Shown: piece after piece, positions 30,701 to 42,700 of the stretch
How positions within the stretch are numbered: position 1 is the first letter of the stretch
Layout of the letters: every line of letters begins with the position of its first letter
Assembly (NCBI GenBank): GCA_964556455.1
Contig: CAZKWI010000001.1
Location: 1-58,902 of the forward strand
Direction of reading: 5' to 3'
Length of the DNA: 58,902 nucleotides
Source of the DNA: an uncultured Planctomycetia bacterium
Lineage (GTDB): Bacteria; Omnitrophota; Gorgyraeia; JABMRJ01
Notes under the pieces: model-generated
What the model was told of the DNA's origin: nothing
What the model saw: the letters and a program-made list of their open reading frames with translations, nothing else
The model's database searches: none
Translations under genes and position numbers: made by a program

Positions 30701-33700
30701 GGGCCCCTATCTCCCCGCGCCTTACATCCGTTTCCAGGAATGCCCGCTGTTGGTCCTTTGTAAGATCGCCGAATCTTACAGAACCGTCCACATTAAAGGA
30801 GGCGACCATGGCCTTCTTTCCTGCTTCACCCGAGCCTGCGCCCGCCAGGTCAGCGCTTATCGTGAAACCCTCAAAAGCGCTGAGTTCCTTATCGATCTTG
30901 CCGTCGAGCTGGTCTGCGGTACAATTCAACACTTTTGTGCCGAACATGCGCGCAAGCTGCTGTACCACCATGCCGTCTTCGTCCATGCCCGTAGCCGGCA
31001 CATCAATAAGAACGCTACCCGTGAAAGCGGCGCCTTTATCATCAGTCGGACTGAGAGATACTATTGCAGTTACTGGGTCTTCGCTTTCAGCCATAGTTAA
31101 AAATTTCTTTAAAATAGAACTTGCCGTCTGGCCCACCATATAGTCATAAGTTGGCGTGTCATCGGCCCAATAGGCAAAAGAAGCATTCCCCAGGCCCGCA
31201 AATTCACGTGCCTTTTTATCTTTTTCTGTATATCCGGATTTCCCGGCCCAATTTCTTATAACATCCGAATATATGCCAGAATTGCCGCTTACACCTGTGG
31301 GATCAAGTCCGAATACGCCTATTCCTACATCTCTGAAGAACTTTTTCAGCACGGGCGAGCTGGCACTCTTTTTATGCAACCTTTCAACAGCCGCGAAAAA
31401 TTGATCCGGGTCAGCAAGATCCGCGTCTTCGTTCCCTTCGCATGTTTTTAACTCATTCAAAAGCCCAGGGTTCTTCAGGGCCAATACAAGATACGGCATG
31501 ATCTTAAAGCCAAAGCTGGCAACATAGCCTTTCTTGCTAGGAGAATATTTCAAGACGAGTTCCTTGTCCGCGCCGGCATATTCCGCTAACACGCCTATAT
31601 CTACTTCGGTCGTAAGCGCGTCCTTGCCTTTTTCTGCCTCAAGCTCAACAGTGATCTTGCCCGCTTTAATAGTGCCGAGTTTGGTAACCGCTTCAAATCT
31701 TCCGTCCGCGCCCAGGCGCAGGAATGTCTCTTCAGGGTTTAGCTTAAATCCGGAATTGCTATCCGCAGTGAAGCCGGAGGCGATATCCCTGCCTGTAACC
31801 TCCTTCAGCTCTGCAATGCTCATTTCGCCGTCCGAGTTCGGTATAAATCCGGTCCTCTCGCCTTTGCGGGCCCACTCGAAATACTTTTTGCCGCACTTGG
31901 CGAAATACGTTCCGTCCTCTGAGAGGATGATATACGCCTCTTCTTTACCGTCAACAAAACCTATCAGACAGCGGGCCGTTGGATCATTTGAGGCCGGACC
32001 GAGGCGAGCGCGATATGCAACGCCGCCTATCTCCACGTATGTCCCAGGCGTTTCTCCTTTATTTGCCAGGGCTATCGCCGCGACCGCCCTATCAAACCGC
32101 GAAACCTTTCTATTTTCGCCATTCTCAAATACCATATTCTTCTCGAATACCCGTTCTATGTCCCCCTTGGCGCTTGTCCTGAATTCGGCTCTCTCCAGGG
32201 CCTTTGACATCTCATCGCCTTTACCGTCTTCGCCCTGCCCCTCAAACTGCCATCTGTTATTTACAGAGACGTTCATCTCCTCAAGAGTGACGCCTGTGAA
32301 GTGGAGTTTTCCATCGGCATCCGGGAGAGCCATCTCTATCTTATATTTGGCGTCACCCTTTCTATCCCGGACAAGTGTGACACTCGTCACTTCTCCTTTG
32401 GCATTGCGGCCGAGCATCGCGAGTCCGCGCCTGCCTACTACATCGCCTTTACTGTCCAATGCCTCGAAATATACCTGGCCGTCGAGCGCGACACCCATGC
32501 GCGCGAGTATCGATTTTATCCCGGTGGCTTCATCTTTAGTGAGGTCTTTCTCATTGCGCAAGCTCTTCGCGCCCAGGAATCTTATACCCAACTCTCTGCT
32601 ATTGGCATCGGTTACCTTCTTATCGCTGGAACCTGCCGGGGGAGGTGGCGTCCCCTGCAAGAGGCCAAGGTAAGGGTCCCGTCCAGAACCTGCCGAAGGA
32701 CGTGGCGTCCCATCCAAGATGTGCGAGAGGCCAGCGGAAGACTTCCGTTCACCATCAAAGGCAGCGCTGACTGCGATCAGCAATCCCTCATCCTGCTCCG
32801 TGTAAACATACACAGTCTCACCATGGGGCCTGCGGATAAATACCAGGCCGTTGTCATCCACAAAGAGCGCGAATTTGGGATTGTTCTTCGCATCGAAAAA
32901 TTCGTCTGAGGCAGCAATAACAAAGAGCGCCTGCATGGGCGTTATATCTCTTCCTTCTTTTTCCGCGAGGGTCAGTATCGCGAGGATGGTATCCTCGGGG
33001 ACATTACCCAGGCGCTGCCTCTGGTTGCTATTCATTCCGGCGATACCGAGAATGAATATAAGATCATTGAAGCCTACGTCTTCTTCTGCTACGCCGGCCT
33101 TTTTGGCCATAATGGAAATGAGCGCTGACCTGGCCTGGCTCAAATCCAGAGTGCCGTTCGAAATCTCCTCAGAAGTCTCTGCCATGCCGGCTAAGATAGC
33201 CTTTACATCTTCAGCTTCGTATTTACCGGTCCTGTTTGCGCCCACTGTTATCATCATAACCGCCTGCTTGCTGCTTGTCGGGCCATCTAGTCCTAAATAC
33301 TTGCCTGCGGCAGCGGCAAAATTATCTACCTGGATCCCTGTAGCCTGTATGCTCGAATGACCTTCTGCAGTTACCAGATATAATGCAGGGCTTTCACCGA
33401 CACCCAATGCATAGATATTCTCTCCTGCATTAAACACCGTAAAGAGGATGGAACCGTCATCTCCCCGTATGACGCCGTCTATGCCAAGGTCCAGGTCGCC
33501 TATGTTCCAGGAGATAACATCTGACACCTTGCGACCGACAAGGTCGCCCTGTGTAATATTGATGTCGGCCATCATTACCCCGAGGACAAGCTGCCCCTGC
33601 ACGTACTTAACCGCGTCTACCCGCCTGCCTGTCTTGGGGTGCTTCATGTCGCCTGTGATCATAAGGTCATTGCCTATTTTGAAGACCGCTTCCGCCCCAG

Positions 33701-36700
33701 CCGTCTTGAATGAATCGCCGAGTATAAATACCATCCCTTCCGTTACGGCAAATTCAACTTTGCCCTCCTGTGTCGGCGCAAGTATGCAGAGTGATTTGGA
33801 GATAAATACGCCTCGCTCGTCATGTTCCAGGGTAACTACCGTGGCATCCCCGGCCGCGCCTTTTGCTTCGCCGCCCTGCGGGACCACCGCGCGGTTGGCG
33901 TAGACCTTATGCACCTGGACCTTTCCTACGGCTATCAGGGTGTTATCCTGGCCGAGGTTTATATTGGTCTCGCCCTTAAGGAGGGTCATCTTCTGGTTGT
34001 AGGCGCCGAGCATGTCGGCGTTGGTGGCGAGTATCTTGGCTCCGTCTGAGTTTATCATTACGTCGAGCTCGCCGTAGAATATGAGGCTTGAGTTGCCTAC
34101 CGTGAAGCTGAGCTGGCTTCCGCCTTCGTCTCTGGAGCCCTTCCTGAAGAAGGCGCGCACTCTCGCCACGGTCTCGCCGTTGTGTGTTTCCATCGTGACC
34201 GTTACGTTCTCCCCGCCGTTCAGTTTAGCGAGGGCGGTGTATACGAGGACATGCCTCTCGAGAGCCGCCCTGCCGCCTGTTAAGGACGTCAGGCCTTTTG
34301 AGTCGAACGCCTCCTTATTCTCCAGGGATATGGCCAGGCCTCCGACATTGATGCTCACGCTCTTGAGGTTCGGTATGAAACGGTCCACGGGGTCATTCGA
34401 TATCTCATCCAGCTTCGCGGTCATGCCTTTGATGAGCGTCCCCACTTCGAGCGCCAGCGCGTCGGCGAGCTTTACATCGCCGTTTTTCAGCGCGGTTATC
34501 ATCTGGTCGAGTTTGGAATCGGCGTAAGGCAGTGTCTCCGCAGCCATCACCTCCACCGCCATTACGGCGTTGCCCGAGAATCCCTGTATCGTGAGGTCGC
34601 CGCCTTTCCAGACGCCGTTATTGTCCCACATATCAGCCATGCCCAGCGTCTCGAGGCTCGCGCCTTCGTCGCCGAACGCGACGACCTGCACCGTTACGTC
34701 ATTTATGCTCTTTGAGTCCGCTCCGAGGGCGCCTTCGTATCTTGTAAATAGATCGTCCATCACGTTACCATTCTCATCCACCCTGCCCCTCACGAAGTCC
34801 AGAAACGCCTTTGTGTCCCTTTCCACTATAGCGACGTGGCCGGTCTGCAGGCCGTTCACGTAAGCTATGTCCCAGTTTACGCCGAAATACGCCGCTGTGT
34901 TGGAGGCAAGGACGTGCAGGCCTACGCAGTTCAGTCCCTCTTCCTGCAGGGTGATGTCCCTCGCTCCTGATTTGAGCGGGAGCTGCATCATATGGGATAT
35001 CAGGAACTCTCTTACGTCTTTCGAACCGTATAACTCATTTCCCTCCAGGCTCTCGCCCAATGCCTGCCACGGATTGTCTTTCGACATTATCGCGTCCACC
35101 GTCTCATAAAGCCCGGTGCCGAGGCCGGTAAGCATAAATTCCTCTATCTTATTCTGCGGTTCCATCTCGCCGCTTGCCAGGAGGTTCCAGTGATCTCTGA
35201 GGTTTTTGTTCAAGCTGTTTCCGAATTGACGGGTGGCGCCCTCTAAAAGCCTCTGTCCTGCGTCAGAACCGGCGCCGAGCGATAATTCCCTCATATCCTC
35301 TGCCGTGATATCGCCGCCCTGCGAGTATATGGTGTAGGCGATAAGGAAGAATCCGCCGTCAGTATCCATCACGGACGCGCCGCCCATAGCTCCTCTGATG
35401 GAATTATTTACAAGGGTATTAAGAGTCTCGTGTTTCGCGGCCGTATCCATGCCGGCTACCGCTTCAGGATTGATCTGCAGCAACCTCGCATAAGAGGGCT
35501 TCAGGGCGAGTATTACCGTGGCGGTCGCGCCGAATTCCGCCAAATCCATGGCGCCGGTATCGAGCTGGTATACTACATTCGCAACCTCTTCAAGCGATAT
35601 GCCGCCCTGCTGGACAGCGGCGTTGAGCATAACGCAGCCGGAGTATCTGGTGAATATTCCCACGCTCACTCTCTCAAGGCTCTCCAGGTCGCCAGCGGCT
35701 ATGGCGGTTGAAAGTTCTGCCATAGCGCCGCCCGTTATCATGGGAACGTTCTCAAGGAAACCAGCAGCTGAAACTTCGCCCCTCTGCATCTCCAAGCTTA
35801 AGAGGATAGCCCTTATGCTGCCGGGGTTATCGAGCTTTCTGGTGTTGCCGTCTAAATTGATGCTGAGTTTCGCTCCGGGGGCATCATACAGGTATGTGAA
35901 TCCGGCGGTGTTATTCCTTACATCTTCAACATATACACTTTCGATAGTGCCCTGGAAGAGCATAATTTCCGATGTGCTCTCGCTCAGGAAGACCGTGCCT
36001 TCAGTTCTGTCTGTCTTCATCGGACTGGCCTGGCCGCCTGCCGCTACGGGGATGGCTATCTCGCCTGTAAGCGTCAGCCTGAGCTGTCCGCTGACTATAC
36101 GTATCTCTCTTATACCGCTCGTTCTTGTGCCGCCGGCGGCATCCTGTGTCAAGAACTGTCCCAGCGGTATAAATCCATCCATATCACTTGACGCTCTTAT
36201 TGTAAGTATACCTTTATTGTCCGGCACGAATACGAGCATCCCCTGGTCATTCTGCACGTGGTTGTAGGTTATGGAGCCGTCCGGGTTCACTGTGGAATCG
36301 ACCATGAGCGGCGAGCCGTTCCTCTGTGAATTGCCGAGAGGCATAAGGGCGTGTATGCCGCCGTCCTCGAGCCTCTCGAGCCTGATACGGCTTGAGAGGT
36401 CATTGAGCTTATTTACATCTAATTTGCCGTCCTTCATTATATTGACAGGCGCGCACCCGCGCTCTGCGCCGTCTTCGTTCCTGCGGCTTATGAGATTGCT
36501 GCTCAACATCGCGCCGGCCCGGGCTTGCGTCACTACTATATCGCCCGCCGAGGTTACGCCGGCTATCTGCATCGATATGTCTGTGCCGGCGGTCTCCGCG
36601 ATAAAGGCTGTTATGGCGGCGTTCAGATCGGCGACGCTTAATCTCTTCGCCAGGTTCACCCCTATGACATTGCGGCCGACCGTAAATGTGTCACCGTTAC

Positions 36701-39700
36701 TTGCCCTCAGGGTGATCTGCTCGCCGAGATTGAGTGACGTCGCGAAGAAGTTCCTTGCGGCGGCGGTGTCCGCGAGGCTGCCGAAGCTGGCTATGGCCTG
36801 CCCTGTCAGCGCCTCGAACCTCGCTTCGCGTTCGGATGAGTATACGAAATTGCCCCTTGCGTCCTGAACCATCATGTTGTCGCTTATCGCCATCGAGCCG
36901 TCAGACGCGTAGCTAAACCAGCGGGCGTCCACTATGTGCACCCTGCCGTTCGCGTCCGCCATCGAGACGCCCTGCATCAGCGCGAAGCCTTCCGGAGCGA
37001 ATACCGTGAATTCCCTGCCCTTTGCCCTGATATCATTGCCGGCCACACCCGGTATCGCGCGGCCCACTGCCGCGTCTACATCTATAGACATAACTTCCGG
37101 GTCGCCTTCTTTATGTTTGTGCTGAACATCGGTGATCTCCTGGGACTGCCCTTCGCTCAGAATAGTGGGATCCGCGCCTATGCATATATCGATGCGCGCG
37201 TTATTGAGGATGGTGTTGAGCACCTTGTTATTAAACTCGAAATGCTCTGTGGCGTTGAATTTGAGGTCTTCGATGGTGCCAATGACCTGGCCGGTATTCC
37301 TGAGGATAACATCCGTGCCCTTGATATTTATATCCGCTGTGCCTGTAATGGTCACGCGCTGTTCTCCTTTGTTTTCAATAGTAAGCCTGCCGTTCTCGAT
37401 CGTAATGTTTGCCTGGCCTTTCACGGGATCCACGCCTGTTATGCTGACTTGCGACCTGTCATCTACGGATATGGAAAGGCTGGCGTCTTCCGGCACCTCA
37501 AAAGTCATAGGCGTATCTGACTTCTGTTCGACTGTTTCAAGCCCCGCGCCCGGCTGAGTAACATCCAGGGATTTTAAGTGGCCTATGGTCTCTTCGTGGG
37601 TCATCGGAAGGGGCATGCCGATGAATTCGTAGAATTCCATAAGCTTCTGAATAGCTACCGGGCTCGTATCGGCAACTTCTGACAATAAAGCCCTGATTGT
37701 TGGCCTTAGCCCGGCCCTTGCCTCTTTATGTTTATCGCTTACATTGGCATCGAACGCGGCTATCTCTTCGGCTGTTGTGAGTTTGTTCATTCCCTCCATA
37801 TTGGTCATAACAGGATAGCAGTAGGCAAAGAACTCTTCTGTTACACCGCCTTCACGGTACATGACAGAAATGCGTCTGATTGTTTTTTCTAACAATGTCT
37901 TTGCTTTGCCGCTGCCGGAATCCTCTAATGCTTTGAAAAATTCCTTTGCTTTCGGCTCAACTACATCATTTTCCTCTCTGCTGAAACAGTCAAACATGTA
38001 ATTCGATACAAATCCAATTCGTCTCCTGTCGCTCCCAACAAGATCATACTGTAATTTTAAATCTTTGCCAATTTCCGATTCAATCTTATAACCCAATAAT
38101 GCATGAAACGCCTCGTGCAATAAGATCTCGCCTCCTTCGAGCGGCTTGTATATAGCTATCCCGCCTCGAAGCAACGTTGTGAACCCTGCGTGAAGGTGGG
38201 AGCCCTGCTCACTAAATTCCATCCATTCAGCAAGGTTGTCTACGTAAGTAGCCTCTATGCCGGCCTCCTCCAGTTTCTCCTCTATCATCCTGATTGTGCG
38301 ATCCCTGTGCAGATTTTCCCTTCCGGCAGCGGGTTTTCTTACCGCCGTATCTACTGTAGCCGCATCAACAGGCCTGGCCTCTTCTTCGGCCGTCTCTACT
38401 GTTGAGACAGCCGGGACCGGCGCGGCCATCTGAGCAATCCGCTCATCCGCGCCCGCCAACATGTCCGCATTCACCGCAGTGCTTCTGGTCGTGTCTTCCC
38501 CTGGGGCCAGCTCAATATCTGCATCGGCCGGTGCGGGAGGCGTGGACACTACAGGCACAATTCCCTCTGCGCCTTTCCTTTCGCCGGACAATAATCCACC
38601 TTCCGGGAGGCCCTGCGCCACCATATCCGCGGCCCTTCCCACTGTGTTGCGAAACACGGCGTCCGCGGTATTCATTAATAAGCCGGCCAGGGCCCTTCCG
38701 CCGTAATGCGCCGCTCCGCCGTAGGCTATGCTCGATAACATCTCCTGTGCTTCTATGGTAAGTGAATTCCCGTACGCCGCGTTCACGGCCGCCGCGGCGA
38801 GCCTGAATCTGAGGGCAAGGGCCTTGTTGTAGACGAGATTGCCGTCATCGTCCGCTGAAACGAGATTATCCGTAGGCCTGAAATTGCCGTCGTTGAAATA
38901 GAGGTAATGTATAAGTACAGGTACCGCAGTGCCGTCCTGCTTACGGACTGCGCCCGATTCAAAGAGCCTCTGGCCCGACTCGTCCGTGGCGAGCACGCCT
39001 GCGCTAAGGCCGGTCGTATCCGCAAGAGAAGTCCATAATCTGCTGGTCAGCCCAAATCCGAAGCCCCTCATTCCCGCCGCGTCCACGGACGCGAGGGTTT
39101 CGTCTGTTGCCGCCTGGAACTCGGCATCGGTGCCCTCGCCTGATATCGTAGCCCCGTATGTAACGCCGCCCCTCAGCGTAGTGACCTGTAAGGTCCTGGC
39201 GTCTGACCCTTCGGCGGAAGAGAACGCCGTGTAGGTGTCCTCCCCGAATGTCGCTGATACGGAAGCAAAATCGAGGGCGTCCGATATTCTGAAGAGTTCT
39301 TCGGCTATGTTCGCCTGCGTGACGATATAAGTGCCGAGGCCTGTGCCCCCGAGCATATTAGCCCTCAGGGTCGGCAGGTCCATCGTGTCGAATGCTACGC
39401 TTCCGTCTTCGGCCCTCGTAAAGGGCACGCTGGCGGTGACGCTGGCGCCGTTCGCCGTGACGCCCCTTGCGCTTACGCCGGCAAAGTCATAACCTGTCAC
39501 CCTGTGCGTAACGACGGACGTGGATTCACGCACAGGCTGGCCGTGTGCCGTGAGCGTCAGGCCGTCTATAGTGACTGTGGCGGACGAGAAGCCTTTTGAT
39601 ATTATAAAGGCGAGGTTTTTGAAGGCGGTATCGCTCTTGAACTCGAGCTCCGATACAAGCTCTCTGAAGTTGGCCACGAGCTCGGAGCCGCGGACCGTCC

Positions 39701-42700
39701 TGGCGGCGTTAATATCGACCGACGCCGCTACCACGAACCTCGTCCTTTCGTCAAAATACGAAATCCCGATAGAACCGCTGTCCCTGCCCCTGGTATTCAA
39801 GGTTGACGTTACAGTAGCTCTCACTTCGCCCCCGCTGTCGTTAATATACGTTCCGCTGGTGACTATGTTGGCGGCCGGCGCCCTGTGTTCCGTGAAGCTC
39901 ACGGTCGCTATGGTAGACGGGTCTCTCAGGCTGGATTCCAGGCCTTCGGCGACCAGGTTTGCGCTGTGCCTGGCGAGCGCTCCCTCAAGGAACCTGCCGG
40001 CGGGCGTAGAGGTATCGGTGAATTGCGCTGTGGAAGCGGGGTCGACTATGTGTACGTCTATCCTGAAGCCGCTCAGCGTGTAAGACACGCTGTAAGAGAC
40101 TGCTGCGTAAGCGTCCGGGCTGTTCGCCATCGACTCGGCCATTTCCATAAGGCTGACAGCGAGATCTCCGTTTACGGCGAGGGGGGCTATAGCTTCAAGC
40201 TGGGCGCCGCTAATACCGGTCAATCCTAAAGAGATGGTGCCGTCCGGGGCCAACCCAATATCGACATGTATATCTTCCGGTATGCCTTCTGACACAGAAA
40301 CGTTCTCAAAGGCCCTGTTAAGATCCAGCAGGGCTTCTTCGACCTCAAACATTGTGCCGCCTTCCATGTTGTCAAGAAGGGACCTTAACCGGGTGGAGAG
40401 GTTGGCGTTCAGCTTGCCGTCTTTAAATGTCCCCGCAAGCTGGTATTTCGACCCGCCCGATTCCAGCGTGTTCACAAGCCATTCCATGACCGCAGCGCCG
40501 AGCTTCGCATTTATGGCGCCTTTTTCGTCGGCGGCCTTGATATGATCCATCCACTGCTTCTTCGTCCGGTCGATCGGGGTAACGCTGTACGCTCCTTTGT
40601 CGTCCACGCCGAACGCCACGGGTATGGGGCTGCCCTGCTGGTTAGCGGCGTCTACAAGCGTCTGGAAGCTGTCCAGCTGCTGCAGGGCATTGCCTTTTAT
40701 ATCGGCCTGCCGCATAGCCTCGCTCAGCGCTTTCACGTCCGAGGTCGTCACGAAGACCTGGACCTCGCCGCTCTTACTGATATTTAAACCAAACCTTATA
40801 TTGAGGTCGTTATCTTCGCCCGAGGCCGCCTTTATCCTCTCGAAAAACTCCATCTCCGGGCCCTGGTCTACGATCTCCGCGATAGCCAGGATCTGCCTCT
40901 GGCTCACTATCGGGTCCACCCTTACCTTGCCCTGCTCGTTGACATCTATGGAGACCATGGTGTCTTCAGGGTCCTCTAGATTAAGCCTCTCGTCGCGCAG
41001 GACTTTCAGAAGCCCCGTGGTCATTGTGCCTATGCCGTCCTCCTTATCCTTAGACCCGAAGCGCGCTGCCAGCAGTACATTCACCGCCACGCTCAATTTC
41101 AAAGCGCCGTCCTTTTCCACCGTCAGCGTAAAGTGGAACTTGCCTGTGGTCGATATGCCGGCGTTCTTTGCCCTGCCGGCGATGTCGAGCACCTTCTGGT
41201 AGTTGTCGACTGACCTGACGTTGATGTTGTTCTCCTCCATCTTCTGCGAGTCCATCATGGCCAAGGCCCGCGCTTCGGCGCTCGTCAGCTGCATGGACCC
41301 GGCCTCGAGCTCGTTATCAGAGTTGAGGGAGATCTGTATAGTTCTGTTCATAATAGCGCTGCCGTGCGTTCCCAGCGCCTGCAGGAAGGATATGCGCGAA
41401 ATGAGATCTGATTTGAGCTTACTGTCAGCGCCAAGCTTCTGATGGAGGGATATGGGGATCGTCAGTTTGACTTCCGTGCCCTCAGCTGTTTCGGCAAAAT
41501 GGAACGACGCGCTATCGAGGTTCTTTATACCGCCCGCGGCTTCTTTCAACTTGCCCAGGAGTTTTATATCGTCGTCACTAAGTATGCCGGCGAGGTCCCG
41601 GTTTTCGGCCGTTTCAAGCTTTTTACCTTCTCTCAGCGCCTCTCTTATCTCTTCGCGCGTCAGCCGCCGCCCCTCGAATGTGCGCTCGGTCACGGATAAG
41701 TTCCATTCCGCGCGCAGGGTGCCGGTGTTATCGGGGGAGAAGAGCATGGACGTATCGTCTGGCACATCAGCGTACCTGCCGTCATTGTCTATCAGATTGC
41801 TTATGTCGGTCCTGAAGCGGTACTTCTTTTCGCCGAGGGCGGTTATATCCAGAAGGAATGTGACCTTGTCTATATCCCTAACGCGCTTTTCCACCTCTTC
41901 TTCAAATTCCTTGGGTGCGTTCTTTATGATCCTGGTCGTGCTGCCGTCGCCGCCTATGGTAGGATGGTCCCCCGGGGCGAGGTCGTCATACTCATTGCCG
42001 ACCATATTGATAGTCGCCGTCCAGAGCATGGTGGGGAGCGTCGCCAGGCTGTTCGTATGCAGGATATGGGCTATCCTCTTGACGAGCTCCTTTTTCTTTG
42101 CCCCGATGTCATCGAACTTCAGCGCGATGTCATCGCCGGTTATCGCCATGGCGCGCACCCAGCCGTCTTCAAGGGCGTCCATCTGATCATTCAGGAGATT
42201 TTTATTCTTTGCCCAGACCTGCGTGGCGAATGTCTCCATGATGTCATTGAAGAGATGGAAGACCGAGCTGTCGTTGCCTATAAGGATACCCAGAAGGAAA
42301 TCGAGGGACGTATTTATCTTGTTTACAACGTCTATCAGCGTGGCCCCGCTTCCTGTAAGCATTTGTGTGCTGTCGCTCGCGCTCTCGCCGTCAGGCAGGT
42401 CCATTATGTCATCCCTGCCGATATTGGGGAGCTCCGCTTCCCAATCTTCTCTTGATATCTCGAAGGCGTTCGCGTACCACTGGAGCTCTCCGAGTATCTC
42501 CGAGTCATCCGTCATGGAGTTATCAAGAGCGGTCATATTGGCGGCCGTAAATGACAGTTTCTGGGGCGGCGGCGGAGGCTCCTCGCCTGTTTCAGGTTCG
42601 GCGTTCTTATAGCTAGAGTTCATTATAGGGCCGTTATAGTCGTTGCTGGTGCCAAGACCTGGCGGCTCCCACTGCCCCCACGGTTCAGGCACGTCCACGA

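Noticed and set aside
38990-39012. GLSAG (GxSxG) lipase/esterase-like motif in the giant protein.
   Set aside because: A five-residue pattern is expected by chance many times in 17 k residues, and there is no surrounding alpha/beta-hydrolase signature.
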